Assembly (NCBI GenBank): GCA_043228905.1
Contig: JBHGNT010000008.1
Location: 13,888,001-13,952,000 of the forward strand
DNA length: 64,000 bases
Direction: 5' to 3'
DNA from: Azolla caroliniana
Taxonomy: Eukaryota > Plantae > Polypodiophyta
Both the position numbers and the translations under genes were made by a program. The notes under the pieces are model-generated. The model worked only from the letters and a program-made list of their open reading frames with translations, made no database searches and was not told the DNA's origin. Positions 51,101 through 64,000 of this stretch are shown here, in pieces (positions within the stretch are counted from its first letter, which is position 1; each line of letters opens with the position of its first letter).

Positions 51101-51917
51101 TCGGGCCACTCCGATTGCTCATGTCCGGTCACTAGATGGAGCAGCAGTCGTACAGTGGCAGCCGCCGGATAGGGGCTGGATCAATTTTCGGAATGTGCAA
51201 AGACACATAACGGTCAGAGTGGCTGAACGGTGAGAAACCGGAGGCGGACGAACCGGATGGGCTAGACAAACGAACGGAGGACCGGAAAGATAGGGTCGAA
51301 CATGAGCAATCGGAGAGTGACCGGACATGAGCAATCGGAGGCCTTCGACCGGAACAGGAAGTTCCGGTCGAAGAAATATCATCATCAAGGCATGTGGGAT
51401 CGACGTGCAAGGCACTCTCCCACGGGCGTGCCATATTGTGTTACCCCGTACAAGATGTACGGAGAGTCAGTGTGATGAGCGAGGGTCGAATGTTATCATG
51501 ATGTTGTTGTGTATGTGTAGGGGACATAAATGTAATTGTGAGTCTATACGTATGTGAACACATGCACACGTGTGTGCATGCGGATGGATACAAGGAGGTG
51601 TGAGTGAGTGTCCAGTATGAATGTTCGAGGGGGCTTACACCCCTATGTATCTACCCCCTCTTGTACTATTTAACCCCTTATGGGGAATGAATGAAATATG
51701 AATGAACATATTCTCTCTAATCTCTCTCTCTTTGACACCTTTTCTCTTCTCTCTCCCTCTCTCACGTTGAACCCCCACCCCCCACCCCGCAATGCTTCTC
51801 TATATGATCTCTCTCACCATCATACTCTCCATCACCATGTCTATCTTCATTACCAATCATCATAGTTATCATTCATCATCATCATCGTCCTTAACCCTAA
51901 CCCTAAAACCTACAACA
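48109..51917 (+). mobile_element. Non-coding LTR element with internal inversion and duplication; LTR copies 48109-48261 (partial, +), 49990-50499 (-), 51439-51917 (+)
   Basis: CATAG TSD (48104-48108, 51918-51922); TGTTA...CAACA LTR; PBS and 3' motif shared with the 36.5-46.6 kb gypsy; no retroelement protein motifs. Confidence 0.88.
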
Positions 51918-52799
51918 CATAGATGGTGCTATGCAACGGCCGTGAGCTTTGTGTGTGATTGTGTGTGAACGTGATGCAAGAGAGAGAGAGGGAGGGAGGG
52001 AGGGAGGGAGGGAGAGTTCTAAACAAGAAAATTGTATATTACCGCCAATAGTTACTCAGATACAAAAGGTTGGTTTAAATACCAACTAGTCTAGGCAAAT
52101 GCCCTTTCTATTAATTATAGAAAGGTCCTAGTAAGTTGTCCATTGCCTAGTGTGAACACTATTCCTATGAGAAGTTGAGTTCGATTCTCAATATGAATCT
52201 TGTTAGAGGTGATAAAGGGATAAAGATGAACAGAGAATGTAAATCTGTCAACAATGAAGCGAATAGATATGCAAATATGTTAACCAACATTTTGCTACCA
52301 TTACCCACCCATTCAAGGATAATATGAAGTACACTTGAAAAGAGGAAGAGAAGGAGAAGAAGCAGTCCATTACCTAATCCAATAATCATGGATCAATTGT
52401 CGTCATTGCCCCTGGCTATCGGCGTCGGACCTAGAGGTTCGTGTTGTTGACACCAAGCACCACATTTCGAGGTTCTACACATACACATGAATGTCCCAGA
52501 CATCATATTTACTAATGTTGTTTTTATTTAACACCAAAATCAAGTGATTCCAAATTGCATCATTACTTTCAAGTTGGTCTTGGTCAAGATCATCTATAAC
52601 TTGAAATCACAACCCTTGTTGAAATCCTTATAATACCACTTTTTTAGATCTGATTTTAAGTTCGCTAGTTATAGTTGTAATAGATAGCATTCAACATTTG
52701 AACATAGTAACACTACCATCTACATAAAACTGAGAAGAGAATGATACATGTGAAATATGTAACAAACTTGGTATTAGCATGGTCTATTGTATGCTCTAA

Positions 52800-54130
52800 A
52801 TGGTCCACATGCCTTCACAAACTCTATGATTGTCATGATTCTCTTTTAGTAGTTTACTTTAGCGATGCTAAAACATAAGACATTATTGTTGGTGGCCCTC
52901 CCTTTGGAGAATAGTTGAGGCTTTTTTGTTGACTTCTATGCTTGCACCTAGGCAAAAGCCCCTTATCATCTACCATTTGGATTATTGCACCCTCTATAGC
53001 GCCAAATGGGACTTGGGTTCCTTATCATGATGCCATTCTAATAGTTGTGGATTGCTTTTTAAAGATGGGATATTTAATTCCATATTCTTTCTTCATCTTG
53101 AGTGAACCCACAATCACACTTCTATTTCCGGTGGTATTTCGCCTCCATGGTCTTCTATACAATCCTATTAGTAATTGAGAACCTAAATTCATTGGAAGAT
53201 TTTGAAATTTTCAATTGGAGCTCTTATAGATCAATGATCCTTGTCCTCTAGGTGTCACCAAAAAACAATGGACCGATATATTGAACAAAATAACCAAACT
53301 TTAGATTAATATTTCATATTGTTTTATCAATTATCAACCAGGTGACTATGTTTACTACCACCTCATGGAAGTATTTGCCTATAATTACTTTGCTCGTACA
53401 AGAAAAATCCCATCTTCATTTATTGTTTGAATTATTGCCATGGAAGAGCATCTCAATTGAATTCATTTCAAAGCGTCCTACATTTCAAGATCATGTTATC
53501 ATTCTAAAGTTGTGGCTCAATTTTCAAATTCTATGTTCTTCCTACATCTTGAGTAAAGCCATAACTACAATTCTCCTTCATGAGGTCTTGTGCCTCCATA
53601 GTCTTCCAGACAATATTATTAGTAAAGCCCTCAATTCAATACAGGTTTTTCGAAGTATCTCTTCGAGCTCTTACAAATTCATAGATCCTTGTCTTTTAGA
53701 TGCCACTCAAAAAACAACGGAAATGAATGAAACTTTTGGGACATTGTTTTAGCACATACCAACAAGATTATATGCTCCCGATGGCAAATTTTTCTGCAAG
53801 CAAGTTTTTCCTCTCATAACTCAGTTCATGCTTCCATAGAACAAATTACTTCTTTGTAATGTTTGGGCTACATCCCTAGTTGCCTTTCTTACCTTACATA
53901 GTGCACCCCACCAAATGCCATGTAGATTTTTGTCTTGAACAATTGCAAATTCAAGCTAAACTAAGAGAACATGTCCACTAGGCCCATTGAATAGGATTAT
54001 CAAAAGTTTGAAGATAATTAGGGATTGGGTATGGCTTCTTCATAAGTAATTGCCACTAGGATATCCTACGCCAAGCTCCACTTCCCCTCACTTAGTCCTT
54101 TTCACATTACAAAATAAATTACCAAAAATG
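52800..54130 (+). pseudogene. Highly eroded chromovirus integrase relics
   Basis: Residual motifs DAILIVVDCFLKMGYLIP, VFRLHGL and PWKSISIEFI resemble ORF 19886-21388. Confidence 0.65.
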
Positions 54131-56789
54131 CATGCTAATTTTGAATTTACCAAAAATTCTATCAATTAAAATATAATTTTGATTAATGCCAAGGTGGATG
54201 TGATTAGCACTTGAGTGAGGTTATTGGTTCTTCATTGGGAGTGGTTCACCCCCAGTTCATTCGTATGGTTAACATTTGGGCCGAGGGCATTAGTAGTTGG
54301 TTATCCTTGCATAGTACTTGGTTAGCCGTTTTGTCCTCTTGGTTCCATAGTCTTTCTATGACACTTTGTTAACATGTCAAAAATCAAACGACATTTGGGA
54401 AATTCCGCAAAATATTATATGTATATGTTAGGATGTTTGAAGCAAATTCGACATTACCCCACCTATTTTCAAATTTTGATTGGTATTGAGATTCTAGAGG
54501 GAGAGAGAAGAAAGAATGAGTTTGAGAATTTAGAAAAATAACAAATAAATTGGGAGTTTTAAAATTTTGAGGGGTAATTTGGGAATGAGATGAATAATCA
54601 AGTGCATTATGATAATTCTTCCTATTTTAAATCTGTGAATTACAAGGTGGGTTATGATGCGTTCAAAGACTTGACCCGTAGGATAAATGCACGATAAAGG
54701 TGAACAAAAATGCGAAAGAATTCTTAACTTCCCCATGGGCTCTTTAACATATATGAAAGCACTCATTTGACTACTTTGATACCTTTGCTAATCAATGTGA
54801 ATGCAAATGATACATTTGGGCACAACGGTCGGTGCTAATCATTATAGATTTACAAAGTAAAACAAGATACTTGAAGTGTGACATAGTCTTTTGTGCAAAT
54901 CTATAGACAAAATGATTATCTTCTTTGAGAAAACAAGAGGCTTTTGTGAAATTATATGTTGTGTGAGGCTACTCATAGTAAATGTGTGCACAAGGTCCTC
55001 TCGTAATGATTGTGCAACATGACTCCTGAGTCCTTACTTGGAGAAGGACGAGAGAATGACACTGGCATGAGTTAGTAAGAAGTTGAAATGGTCACATCTT
55101 TGATATCATGATTTCGCAAGTTCATATGTGTCCAATTTATGCTTGCCAAAAAACATGACCTCAAGGATGTAAAAAAAAAGGAGGCGAGTAGATATTGGGT
55201 ATCTAAAAGTGACACAACTGTGCAAAACTCTCTTGAAGCTCGTCTCTATATCAAGATTCAAGATAACATCATCTGAAAAAAAAAGTGACGACATGGGTCA
55301 ATAAAAAGCTATGTATTTTGTTTGCTTTCACATTTGCCAAAGAAAAAAGTGAGGTGTTGGTTGGTGACATATAAGTCAAGTTCCACTAATTTTTGTGTTG
55401 AGTAAGAGATTGACATGTATTGACACATTCAAATTCATGGATCCATATTAGTCCCTCTAGCATCCAATATCTCCATCTCTCCAACGCTAATTATGCTATA
55501 TTTATTTTCTAAGATTGAACTAGTGCCAATCATCAGCATCCTAAATATTTTAATGGAGTACGAGTATATTTTGCATTGTTTTTGTTCAAATTCCTATACT
55601 TCTCTCTTTCTCTCTCACGCATTGGGAAGCTAGTAAGGAATTAATTAGACGTTGATAATTACTTGATGAGTAATCAATAGTAGTAATACTATTTAAAATA
55701 ATATCAATAAGTGAGTGTTGGTTCATTGGTTACCATTCGTTGAGAAATACATATAACATGCAATCAATGGTGAGCTTATCTACGAGAGTTGGTTGGAGCA
55801 TTCATCTTTCATGAGAAAACACTGTTATGAGTCATGACTGGTGGTTGATTGCAATGATTCATTCATACCTACAAGTGTCAATGCTCGAGCATGTACAAGA
55901 TCCTCGAGCATTGCCGGTTGAAGAATTGCAAATTGGTAGATAGGATCTTCCTAGCTTTGACTTTTGACTCATCCCTTGATTTATGCTCGTAAATGCAATA
56001 GAATGTGTCCGAAGGACGTGGCCTCTTTCTTCCCCCGGCACGCATGTAATGTTTTTCCTTTGCATTTTACCTTCTTTCCCCTGGCACGCATGTAATGTTT
56101 TGCCTTCGCATTTTACCATCTTCCATCAGGGCAATATCCAAGTAATTGCTTTTATATCCCATGTGGAGTGCGTTAGAAGATGTTTCAGTCACAACTTGGC
56201 CAAAATGGAGGTCACGCTTGCATGCGACAATTTGATAGGCGGCGCCGCGAGCAACATGCCTGATCTACAAATGACGCGGCATGACATGCATGCAACAGAA
56301 AAGCCGGGCTCGAATCCGGACACACAAACAAATACACACACATGAACGCGATGCCATTGCACATAGAATATGTATGTTCCTCGAGCCGTAGGAATGTGTG
56401 AAGAAAGTAAGCGACGAGTTTTCGGGTCAGGGGTGCCGCGAGTGGGAAAGGAGAAAGGAAAAAGGAGTTACAGGTACCTCCTCTCTGGTGGGGTTGGTTT
56501 TGAAATGGCCCCAAAGAGGGGGGGGGGGGACTTTAAATGCCTCACGGGAACAGTTATGGACCGGCAAGTCCCATATGAGAGAGAGAGAGAGAGAGAGTAG
56601 ATATTGATGGTGCATGGATATGGGCCCCACTCCTTCTTCTCTTTTCTCTTTCTCTAGCTCCACCTCTAGGAGTATGTATGTATGTAGTTAGTAGTAGTTA
56701 CTAGTAAGTAAGTATGTAGTATAAGCACACAGGACAGGAAGATATCATAATCTGATCTGTTATGTTATGAAAAAAAGGCCTCCTTCCTC

Positions 56790-57090
56790 TCTTTTCTTCT
56801 TTCTTCTTTCTTCTTCTTCTTCTTCTTCTTCATCATCATTCCCCCCCTCCCCCCTCCCCCTCCTTCTTGAATAGCTGTTACATGGCTTTTACTTAGAAGA
56901 AACCAACCCCTTTAAACAGAAACAGAGAGAGAAAGAGAGATTAGGTCATGTTTATCTCATTAGCAGCACTAGTAGCATCAGAAGAGGAAGCAGAAGCAGA
57001 AACAGAAACAGAAACAGAAACAGAAGAAGAAGAAGAAGAAGAAGAAGAAGAAGAAGAAGAAGAAGAAGAAGAAGAAGCAGAAGAAGAAGA
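56790..57090 (+). repeat. (TTC)n, (CAGAAA)n and (GAA)n microsatellites in the probable 5' UTR
   Basis: Direct reading: TTC run ~56793-56831, GAA run ~57023-57089. Confidence 0.9.
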
Positions 57091-57096
57091 GGTATT

Positions 57097-58677
57097 ATGA
57101 GTGCCTACTCTTTACAGCGTTGTGTCATTCACCCTCTCCATAGCAAGGTCGGCGTTTGTGCCCTGTGCCTGCGCGAGCGCTTGGTCGCCCTGGAAGCAGA
57201 CCGCTCCCACTCCGTCTCTGCAGAAGACTCATCCCCCCCTCCAGCCTCCATTGATCCCCTCCTTCTCCCACCATTGCTGCCTCGCCATGGCTTCACCCAT
57301 GACTCTACCTCTACCTCCACCTCCACCTCTTTCCTCCTTGCTGCTCATTCTGCCGCATCCACAGTCCTGGATGATAACCCTGCAGAATCAATGAAGGAGA
57401 AGGATACCAATGTAGTTCCGTTGGATCGCCCCCAACAACGTTTAGCAGATGAATGGATACCTGAGAATTGCACGATTCCACCACCGCCGTTGCCCACCTT
57501 CTTGCATCGATTAAAGGTCAAAACCCTCACTATCCCTCCCCCCTCCCCTGACAGACCTCCTGTGGCCACGGCCATGGCACCATCTCAGGACGCAACAACT
57601 GGGATTTCTCATCATAAATCTAACCCTAGCAGGTTCTCAAATTTCGTGACGCCAAGGAGGAGCAATGCATCAGAATTGGCAGATCATGTTAACAATGTTA
57701 GGCTTAATTTTAGCACCACGAAACAACCGCAGAAATCGCCGGCGATCCTTCAGCAGCAAGATGGGGTTTTAAGTCATGTAGATCTACAGGAGCAGCCTGC
57801 ATTGGAATGCAGCTTATCGGATCAAGTGAACCATCGGATGGCCATGGCGGCAGCACTGTCTTCTTCGCCATTGCATCCGCGGTCGATTAACAACTCCAGT
57901 GCTACCTCTACGAACTGGATCGCATCTTTGTTCCACCGGGGTAGCAGGAAGAACAAGCAATCATCATCATCATCATCTTCTTCTTCTTCAAAGAAGAAGA
58001 ACAGGAATCATCACAACATTTCAGGGTTGGAGGATCACATCCGGGCGGAGGAGTTCCATGGAAATGAAGTGCCGATAGTGCCATGCCGGATGTCGGTCGA
58101 TGGATCCGGACTAAAACCTTCGTGCCCGGATCGTTACACGATGATTAAGCCGAAGCCACATTGGGCGGACAGCGAGACACAAGGATTGAGCTACAGTGTG
58201 AAACCGCACCACCACCACCAATCCAAGTGTGGCACTTGTACCTCTGCTGCCACGAATGCACCACCGGCTTCTCTAGGGGAGAGATTGAGCACAGCCCGAT
58301 TAACATTTAAGCTGGAGCAGAGGAAACTTGTGGAGCCGAACCCCGACTCCACGTGGGCCCGATCCAATGGCCACGCGGATGTCGAGATCCGACGGCCCGC
58401 GGTGCTTTTCGAGCGCTCCCGTAGCTGCGGATCGAGCGCTTATAGCAACACCACTGACTTCCCGAATTGTCCGAGCTCGAAGAACGTGGCAAGGCCCAAG
58501 AGGTCATGTGGCCCAGCGCCCGCCCATGTCTCGATCCCGAAACATGCCATAACAGGGGTCGGTGTCCGAAATGGAAAGGATTCGCGGCTAAGCTTGGGTT
58601 CATATCTTAGTAGCCCTTTCCGGAAGTCGGCCGCAGCTGCGGCCAATCGGAAACAAGCAGCTGTCCATCATTTGTAA
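57097..58677 (+). CDS. OCTOPUS-like / DUF740 family protein, 526 aa, intronless
   Basis: N-terminal C..HP...GVCALCLRERL motif, Ser/Pro-rich disordered body, RMSVD and RSRSCG motifs; long uninterrupted ORF in AT-rich flanks; upstream (TTC)n/(GAA)n tracts are typical of plant 5' UTRs. Confidence 0.78.
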   Translation: MSAYSLQRCVIHPLHSKVGVCALCLRERLVALEADRSHSVSAEDSSPPPASIDPLLLPPLLPRHGFTHDSTSTSTSTSFLLAAHSAASTVLDDNPAESMKEKDTNVVPLDRPQQRLADEWIPENCTIPPPPLPTFLHRLKVKTLTIPPPSPDRPPVATAMAPSQDATTGISHHKSNPSRFSNFVTPRRSNASELADHVNNVRLNFSTTKQPQKSPAILQQQDGVLSHVDLQEQPALECSLSDQVNHRMAMAAALSSSPLHPRSINNSSATSTNWIASLFHRGSRKNKQSSSSSSSSSSKKKNRNHHNISGLEDHIRAEEFHGNEVPIVPCRMSVDGSGLKPSCPDRYTMIKPKPHWADSETQGLSYSVKPHHHHQSKCGTCTSAATNAPPASLGERLSTARLTFKLEQRKLVEPNPDSTWARSNGHADVEIRRPAVLFERSRSCGSSAYSNTTDFPNCPSSKNVARPKRSCGPAPAHVSIPKHAITGVGVRNGKDSRLSLGSYLSSPFRKSAAAAANRKQAAVHHL

Positions 58678-61591
58678 AATTTGTTCCTTCTTCTTTTTTC
58701 TATAGGCAATTTGAAAAGCAAGTAAAGAAAAACATTTGTTGATTCATGATGGGCCACACTCCCTCTTGGTTGTTGGTTGATGGAAACAAATTGTATCATT
58801 TTGTTACACTTAAGTTTTAGTTTCTCCAGGCCCAATTATGGGCCCTTTGGCCTTCCCTTCGCATTGAAGGTAAAAAAGAAAAGAAAAGAAAAGGAAATGT
58901 TCCGGTAAATAAACCGATGGAAGGATCGGGTTCTGCGGTTCTCGATGTCATTATGCAACTTTTACGTTTGTCCTTATCGTTCAATTCTTTCGTATTCCAA
59001 ATTTTTCAACTTTACCAGACACTACAAAATGTAGTCTTTGTGTATATACTGTAGAGAGCATATACCTAAGCAAGCCCTAGGTATTCGTCTCGGGCATTGA
59101 AAACAAAACTCACCCATTTGTATTGGCTCTCACTTTTGAAATCCTCTAAAGCTTAATATGAAGCATTACGCAAACAACATCCAAAAGCTAAATGATCTTC
59201 AAATTGAATGATTGCCATTGTTTGTCTATGTATGTATGGTAGTTGTGAATTGTAATTTTTTTAATAAGTTCCTTCCTTGAAGATGTATGTTGCAACCTCT
59301 TAAGCTCAACATTGTGCCTTGGATGCAAATCAATGTGATGTGATGGAATGTGTTTTTTCTCGACTTCACTTGCACGTATTAATATTTATGCTTTTTTTAA
59401 TCAATTGAGTGAGTGAAATTATAGGTATCACCTCATATGTAATGATTGGTTTGAGAAGGTCTTGGAGTTGGACTCATTATACATCAAATTTCATCTCTGT
59501 ATCTATTATATGTAGTAGAGATTAGACACAAATAGGTGGAGTTGTTAATATCCACTAGAAAAAACTGATATACACTATGTGGAGCACCAAAATACACATT
59601 ATAGGATGAGAGGAGAGCGACGGATCCTTTCTCTCTAGCCATTACTCAACTATGTAAAAGATGTTTCATATCTCAAAGTCATTTCACACCATCACATCCC
59701 ACAAAACAGTAAATGTTACACACAAAAATAACCAATATCCACATACATAGAGAGAGAGAGAGAGAGAAGACACTTGTTCATGTGGTTATTTTATAGCCAT
59801 TACTCTCTCTTGGTTACAACTAGCAATTGCATGGACAATCCAATAGGCACAATAGGACAATCCAATAGGCATCTCACTTTAGAACCCAATGTGTATCTTA
59901 CGCTAGACACCTCAATCTAAATATAATTTCAAAGGGAAAATGGAACATGTGATTCATCGAAAATGTGACAAAGACCAATGCCACAAGGACAAAAAGTCAA
60001 GGATGGACCTTCAATGGTTGGTGGGAAATTGTGAGCAACGCAGCTCCTCATTTAGGACTCATGTCAAAATATAAATTATAGACATGCACATGTGTGCGCC
60101 CACACACACAAACACAAACATACTTTTTCTCTAAGCTTTCAAAGTAGCTAGTCTTCTCTAAGTACAAGTAATATTAATGAATGTAAGTCACTAGTGATAG
60201 GGGGTCCAATAGTCATTTGTCGGTACCATTCATTGCAAAGAAAGACTAAAACTAAACTACATATAGAAATGAAGAGACTCTATGTGTTATATATAACATT
60301 ATAATAATAATATGTGCCCGCCATCACACAAGTTTATGGTCAAATAAGGTACCCCCATGATGTTTTGCCTTGTACAACAAGGAATAGAGAAGATGCTTTT
60401 TTGTTTTTTGAATAAAAAGCAAACCAAAAAACAAAACAAACACTCTCTTAATATATAGCCTTACTAGATATGATACGAAGATTCAAATTTCAGACCAAAC
60501 AAAAATTTAAGAGAGAAATTTTCATCCATTCCAAGATTCCCACCACTTCTAGAGTGTGTATCTACACTCACTATACTATACTCATGCATAGGTTGGTGCG
60601 AACCTATACATGGGGAATTCAATCAACCCTATTTTCTCATTAGGGTCTATATTACACTCTTCCCCCCTTCCAACCTCAACATGAAGGAAGGAGTATTTCT
60701 TGTTACTAATTCAACTCATCTCTTTGCATGGTTTTGTTTCTTTGAGCTCACATTGCACTAAAAATTGTGCTAGATATGGGTTGTGGTCTATAGTATATAC
60801 AATAATATATGCACTCAAATCTATATACACATCTACATACATGCATACACACACATATAAAAAGGACATGCCATCGGGTCTCCAATCAATGCCATTCAAC
60901 TCTAGTTCCTCATGGTGTCATGATGTTAAGAAATTAATTTCCTAATAGTTGTTGAGGAGTTTCATAACTCTTGTTTGTACAAAAACAACAACATATATAC
61001 AACTATCACTAATTTATTGAGGTAGAGCCTACATGTAGACAAGGAACTAGGGTGAATTGAGCATGTTTGATATATTGAGATGGAGTGAATATTTACAATC
61101 AAAGGAATCCAATTCAATTTTGATTTTGATTTTGATTAAGAAGCTACTTTCCCATCAGTTAGGAGAAAAATATTTTAACTAATAAACCCTAGGTTTAAGG
61201 CTCAAATACTTAAGCCCCAAGGATATTTCAGTTATTTGAGCTCTCGCGCTCAATCACATGTGTGTATAAAAACATATAAGCTCACACACGGTCATACAGA
61301 AACACATATTTGCCAACCTAAAAATAATAAAACACTAAACAGGTTGGAATACATGACTCATATGACTAGTCCTTGCTAGGCAATCTGATTTTACTTGGCC
61401 TAAATGCAACAACTATGCGATTCATGTGGTTGTCTATATAATGTTGCATGATTACAATTCTAGATAAGACATACTAGTACAAAACTAGGAGTGGATTGGC
61501 TTTAGATAAGCTTGTTTTGTGACCTTCTTTATTTAGAGCATTGATTTGTTTATGTCTAGAGTGATAACACCTTCAAAAAGTTCATTTTTGT

Positions 61592-61934
61592 TACCTCATG
61601 GTAGGATTAACCCCAAACAATGTGTTGGACAAATCTGTGAGCAGTGAGACCTCCACTAGACAAGGTTGAGGGGAGTTTTCACTCTGTGCTTAGGCTTGCA
61701 CACTAATTAAGAATCTTGGGTTTTTACATCACTCTAAGATTCCCTACAACAAGTATGTAGGTACCTCATGGTAGAATTAACCCCAAACAATGCGTTGGAC
61801 AAATATGTGCAGTGAGACCTCCACTAGACAAGGTTGAGGGGAGTTTTCACTCTGTGCTTAGGCTTGCACACTAATTAAGAGTCTTGGGTTTTCACATCAC
61901 TTTAAGATTTCCCGACAACATGTATGTAGGTACC
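61592..61934. repeat. ~170-bp tandem duplication (2 copies)
   Basis: TACCTCATGGTAG...GTATGTAGG starts at 61592 and again at 61762, with a few differences. Confidence 0.92.
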
Positions 61935-64000
61935 GCCAACAAAATGAATGATGGTTGGCTTAAACTTTTTGCTTTTTAGTTAATGTGTGTTGATATTTTC
62001 ACAAACTCATTTTATGTAAGATTTTGGAAATAAAAACATTACTTTTATTTAATTGTTCCTCATTTAAAAGTTTTTAAGATAGGAAAGTAAGTTGTTACAA
62101 CAATTAAAATCTGAATTTCAATGGTCTCTAACTATCACAAATAGAGAATAGCTTTAAGATGACACCTAAATACTTACATTTAAAAGAGTGCTTGAGGGTT
62201 TGTAACTTTGTAGTTCCCATGAATTGTCCCAAAGCCAACAAATATGTTCATAGGAATCAAAGTGCTATAAAGAAAAGATAATAACACCCTTTGAATAAAG
62301 TGAATCAATGGATTCAATGCAAAAAGGAGACAAATTCAGTAATGGATGGGCAATTAAGTTGTTGCAACAACTAGTATTTGAAATTAAACCAGCTATAATT
62401 ATTGTACCCACATCCATATGAAACTAATTCTAGTACAGAGTGACTTTGGAATAGAACATTAGATGTTTTGGACCGTATGCATCTCTTTCATATCATTATA
62501 TTTATTCTATGTTAATGTTTAATAATTATAAAAAGTCTTGATAAACTCTCAATCTATAACGATGTGCAAAGGAGAGAAATCCATGATGGTCATGTGTTCT
62601 AAGTAAGCACAAGAACAAAATGCCCAAAAGCAAATATATAGCAGAAATTGAGAGAGATGACTACACTAGATAAAAAAAGATACACCTATAGAAAAGTAGA
62701 GTCCTTTATATAGCTTCTTTCCAAATTAGGGTAGAGTGTCTTGGCCTTTGTCCAAATAAGTGTACAAATCTCAAGTTTGTGGGGCATGTGATAGGTTTGC
62801 CCTAATGGCCATCCTTGTATCCTTCAAAGAAACAAGTAGGACCTCCCTTCTAGTTTAAGGTTGAGAATAGTTTTGTTCTCATTTCACAATAATGCTTCTA
62901 GGTTTACACATACATTGTGCATAGTATGTTTTTCCTTACTAGAGGCTTGTAGGTTTTCCCCTCAAACGAATTTTATCTTGTCCACTCCAATTAAAAAGTG
63001 TAGTTTTAGAAGCATTTTTGCATTTTTTTATGGTATTCTTGTTGTCATAAATTTGTCTAGGGCAATGCCTATAATAAATACATTACGAGATACTTAAAAA
63101 AGATTTTTTTACAATCTACATTCTGAACTTGCAAACCCTTGTGTCTAATTTCGTACAAGTCAATTCGTTAAATGAATCTTTGTGAGATGCCAATCCTCCA
63201 AGGAGATTTTACAACAACGCATGTTTTGGATGAATGTGGATGATTAAAAGTATGGAAAAAGAATTCACTCACTAGTGTGAAAGAAATATATGATATGTGA
63301 ATGCATACTATTTAGAATTAAAAATGCTGCATGCAAATGTGTGCACAAGAGCTAATTATTGGTTACAACTTACAATATTATTTGAACAAGTAGTACATTT
63401 AATTAGGTAAGGCGCATAGTCCAAATTTAAGACATCCACATGTGGATTGTGTTATGCTTCCGTATTTCATTGGATGTATTTTTTATTTCTTTAGCAGATG
63501 ACTCACATTAGCCTAAACATTTGAAATTGCATCGAATAAAATCAACGCCGAATATGCATAGGTTGGAAATCTTGCAGCTTGACAACATGAACTCCTCGTT
63601 TGTAAAGGGTGCAATATTCCCTCCCTATTTTGTCTGTATAAAAGGACTTTTCAGCATTCATTTAATGCTTGAAAAGGCATCTCCCAAGCACAAACTAAAA
63701 ATTGAATATGCACATCATTACATGGATATTCAATAGATACTCTTATACAAGCAAAAACTAAGGAAAAATGGGAACCTCTTGCCTTTCAGGATGAAAAATA
63801 ATTGCACCGCCTTGTGCCATTGGACTTTGGAGATGCATAGAAAGGAGTGTTGGGAAATAGGAAATATGTGAAGAGTAATCACATCTTAAAGCACAATATG
63901 AAAGCATTGCCTTACTATCATATAAGAGACTTTTATAGGTAAAGTTCCGGTAAAGGATGATGTTTAACATTAAGGTTATGGGTTCATGTCTAAAGAAATG

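Larger units (their letters stand above)
30440..52158 (-). mobile_element. Copia element D, host of four later insertions; coding remnants at 30440-33556, 36423-36502 and 46595-47986; 5' LTR 48088-48108 plus 51923-~52158
   Basis: RT (FKARLVVKGY, HQMDVKN, MYMDDLVI), INT remnants, PR (WFVDLGVSNHM), gag (EKLDRTNFASW); PBS minus TGGTATCA at 48087-48080; the sequence is collinear once TSD-bounded inserts are removed. The LTR outer end is tentative. Confidence 0.8.

Noticed and set aside
56030-56120. ~47-bp duplication upstream of the gene (also a 17-bp repeat near 59833-59870)
   Set aside because: Ordinary local duplications with no further structure.
58700-64000. Short ORFs and weak hairpins downstream of the gene
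   Set aside because: AT-rich, under 85 aa, with no recognisable motifs or convincing TIR/TSD pairs.

Overview
This is land-plant nuclear DNA, probably from a non-seed plant given the retroelement lineages (inference). Positions ~1-52.2 kb form a deeply nested island of LTR retrotransposons. It contains at least six Ty1/copia copies or fragments, a chromodomain Ty3/gypsy (8314-22306), a tRNA-Trp-primed gypsy with 4-bp TSDs (8713-16752) plus three related solo LTRs, a young non-chromovirus gypsy with an extra ORF (36503-46589), and a rearranged non-coding relative of it (48109-51917). Decayed integrase relics follow at ~52.8-54.1 kb, then one intronless OCTOPUS/DUF740-like gene (57097-58677) and AT-rich intergenic DNA. 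The most unusual observations are these. (1) Two elements with unrelated LTRs have no polypurine tract and instead carry a conserved hairpin ending in a tRNA-Arg-like ...GGGCGTGCCA, so there are inward-facing tRNA-complementary sites at both ends. (2) Antisense tRNA-like A-box/B-box modules sit in the U3 of LTRs from two different gypsy lineages. (3) The chromovirus 3' LTR is a ~926-bp palindrome hinged at its putative self-priming site. All identities and alignments were judged by eye, and tRNA and domain assignments are from memory.
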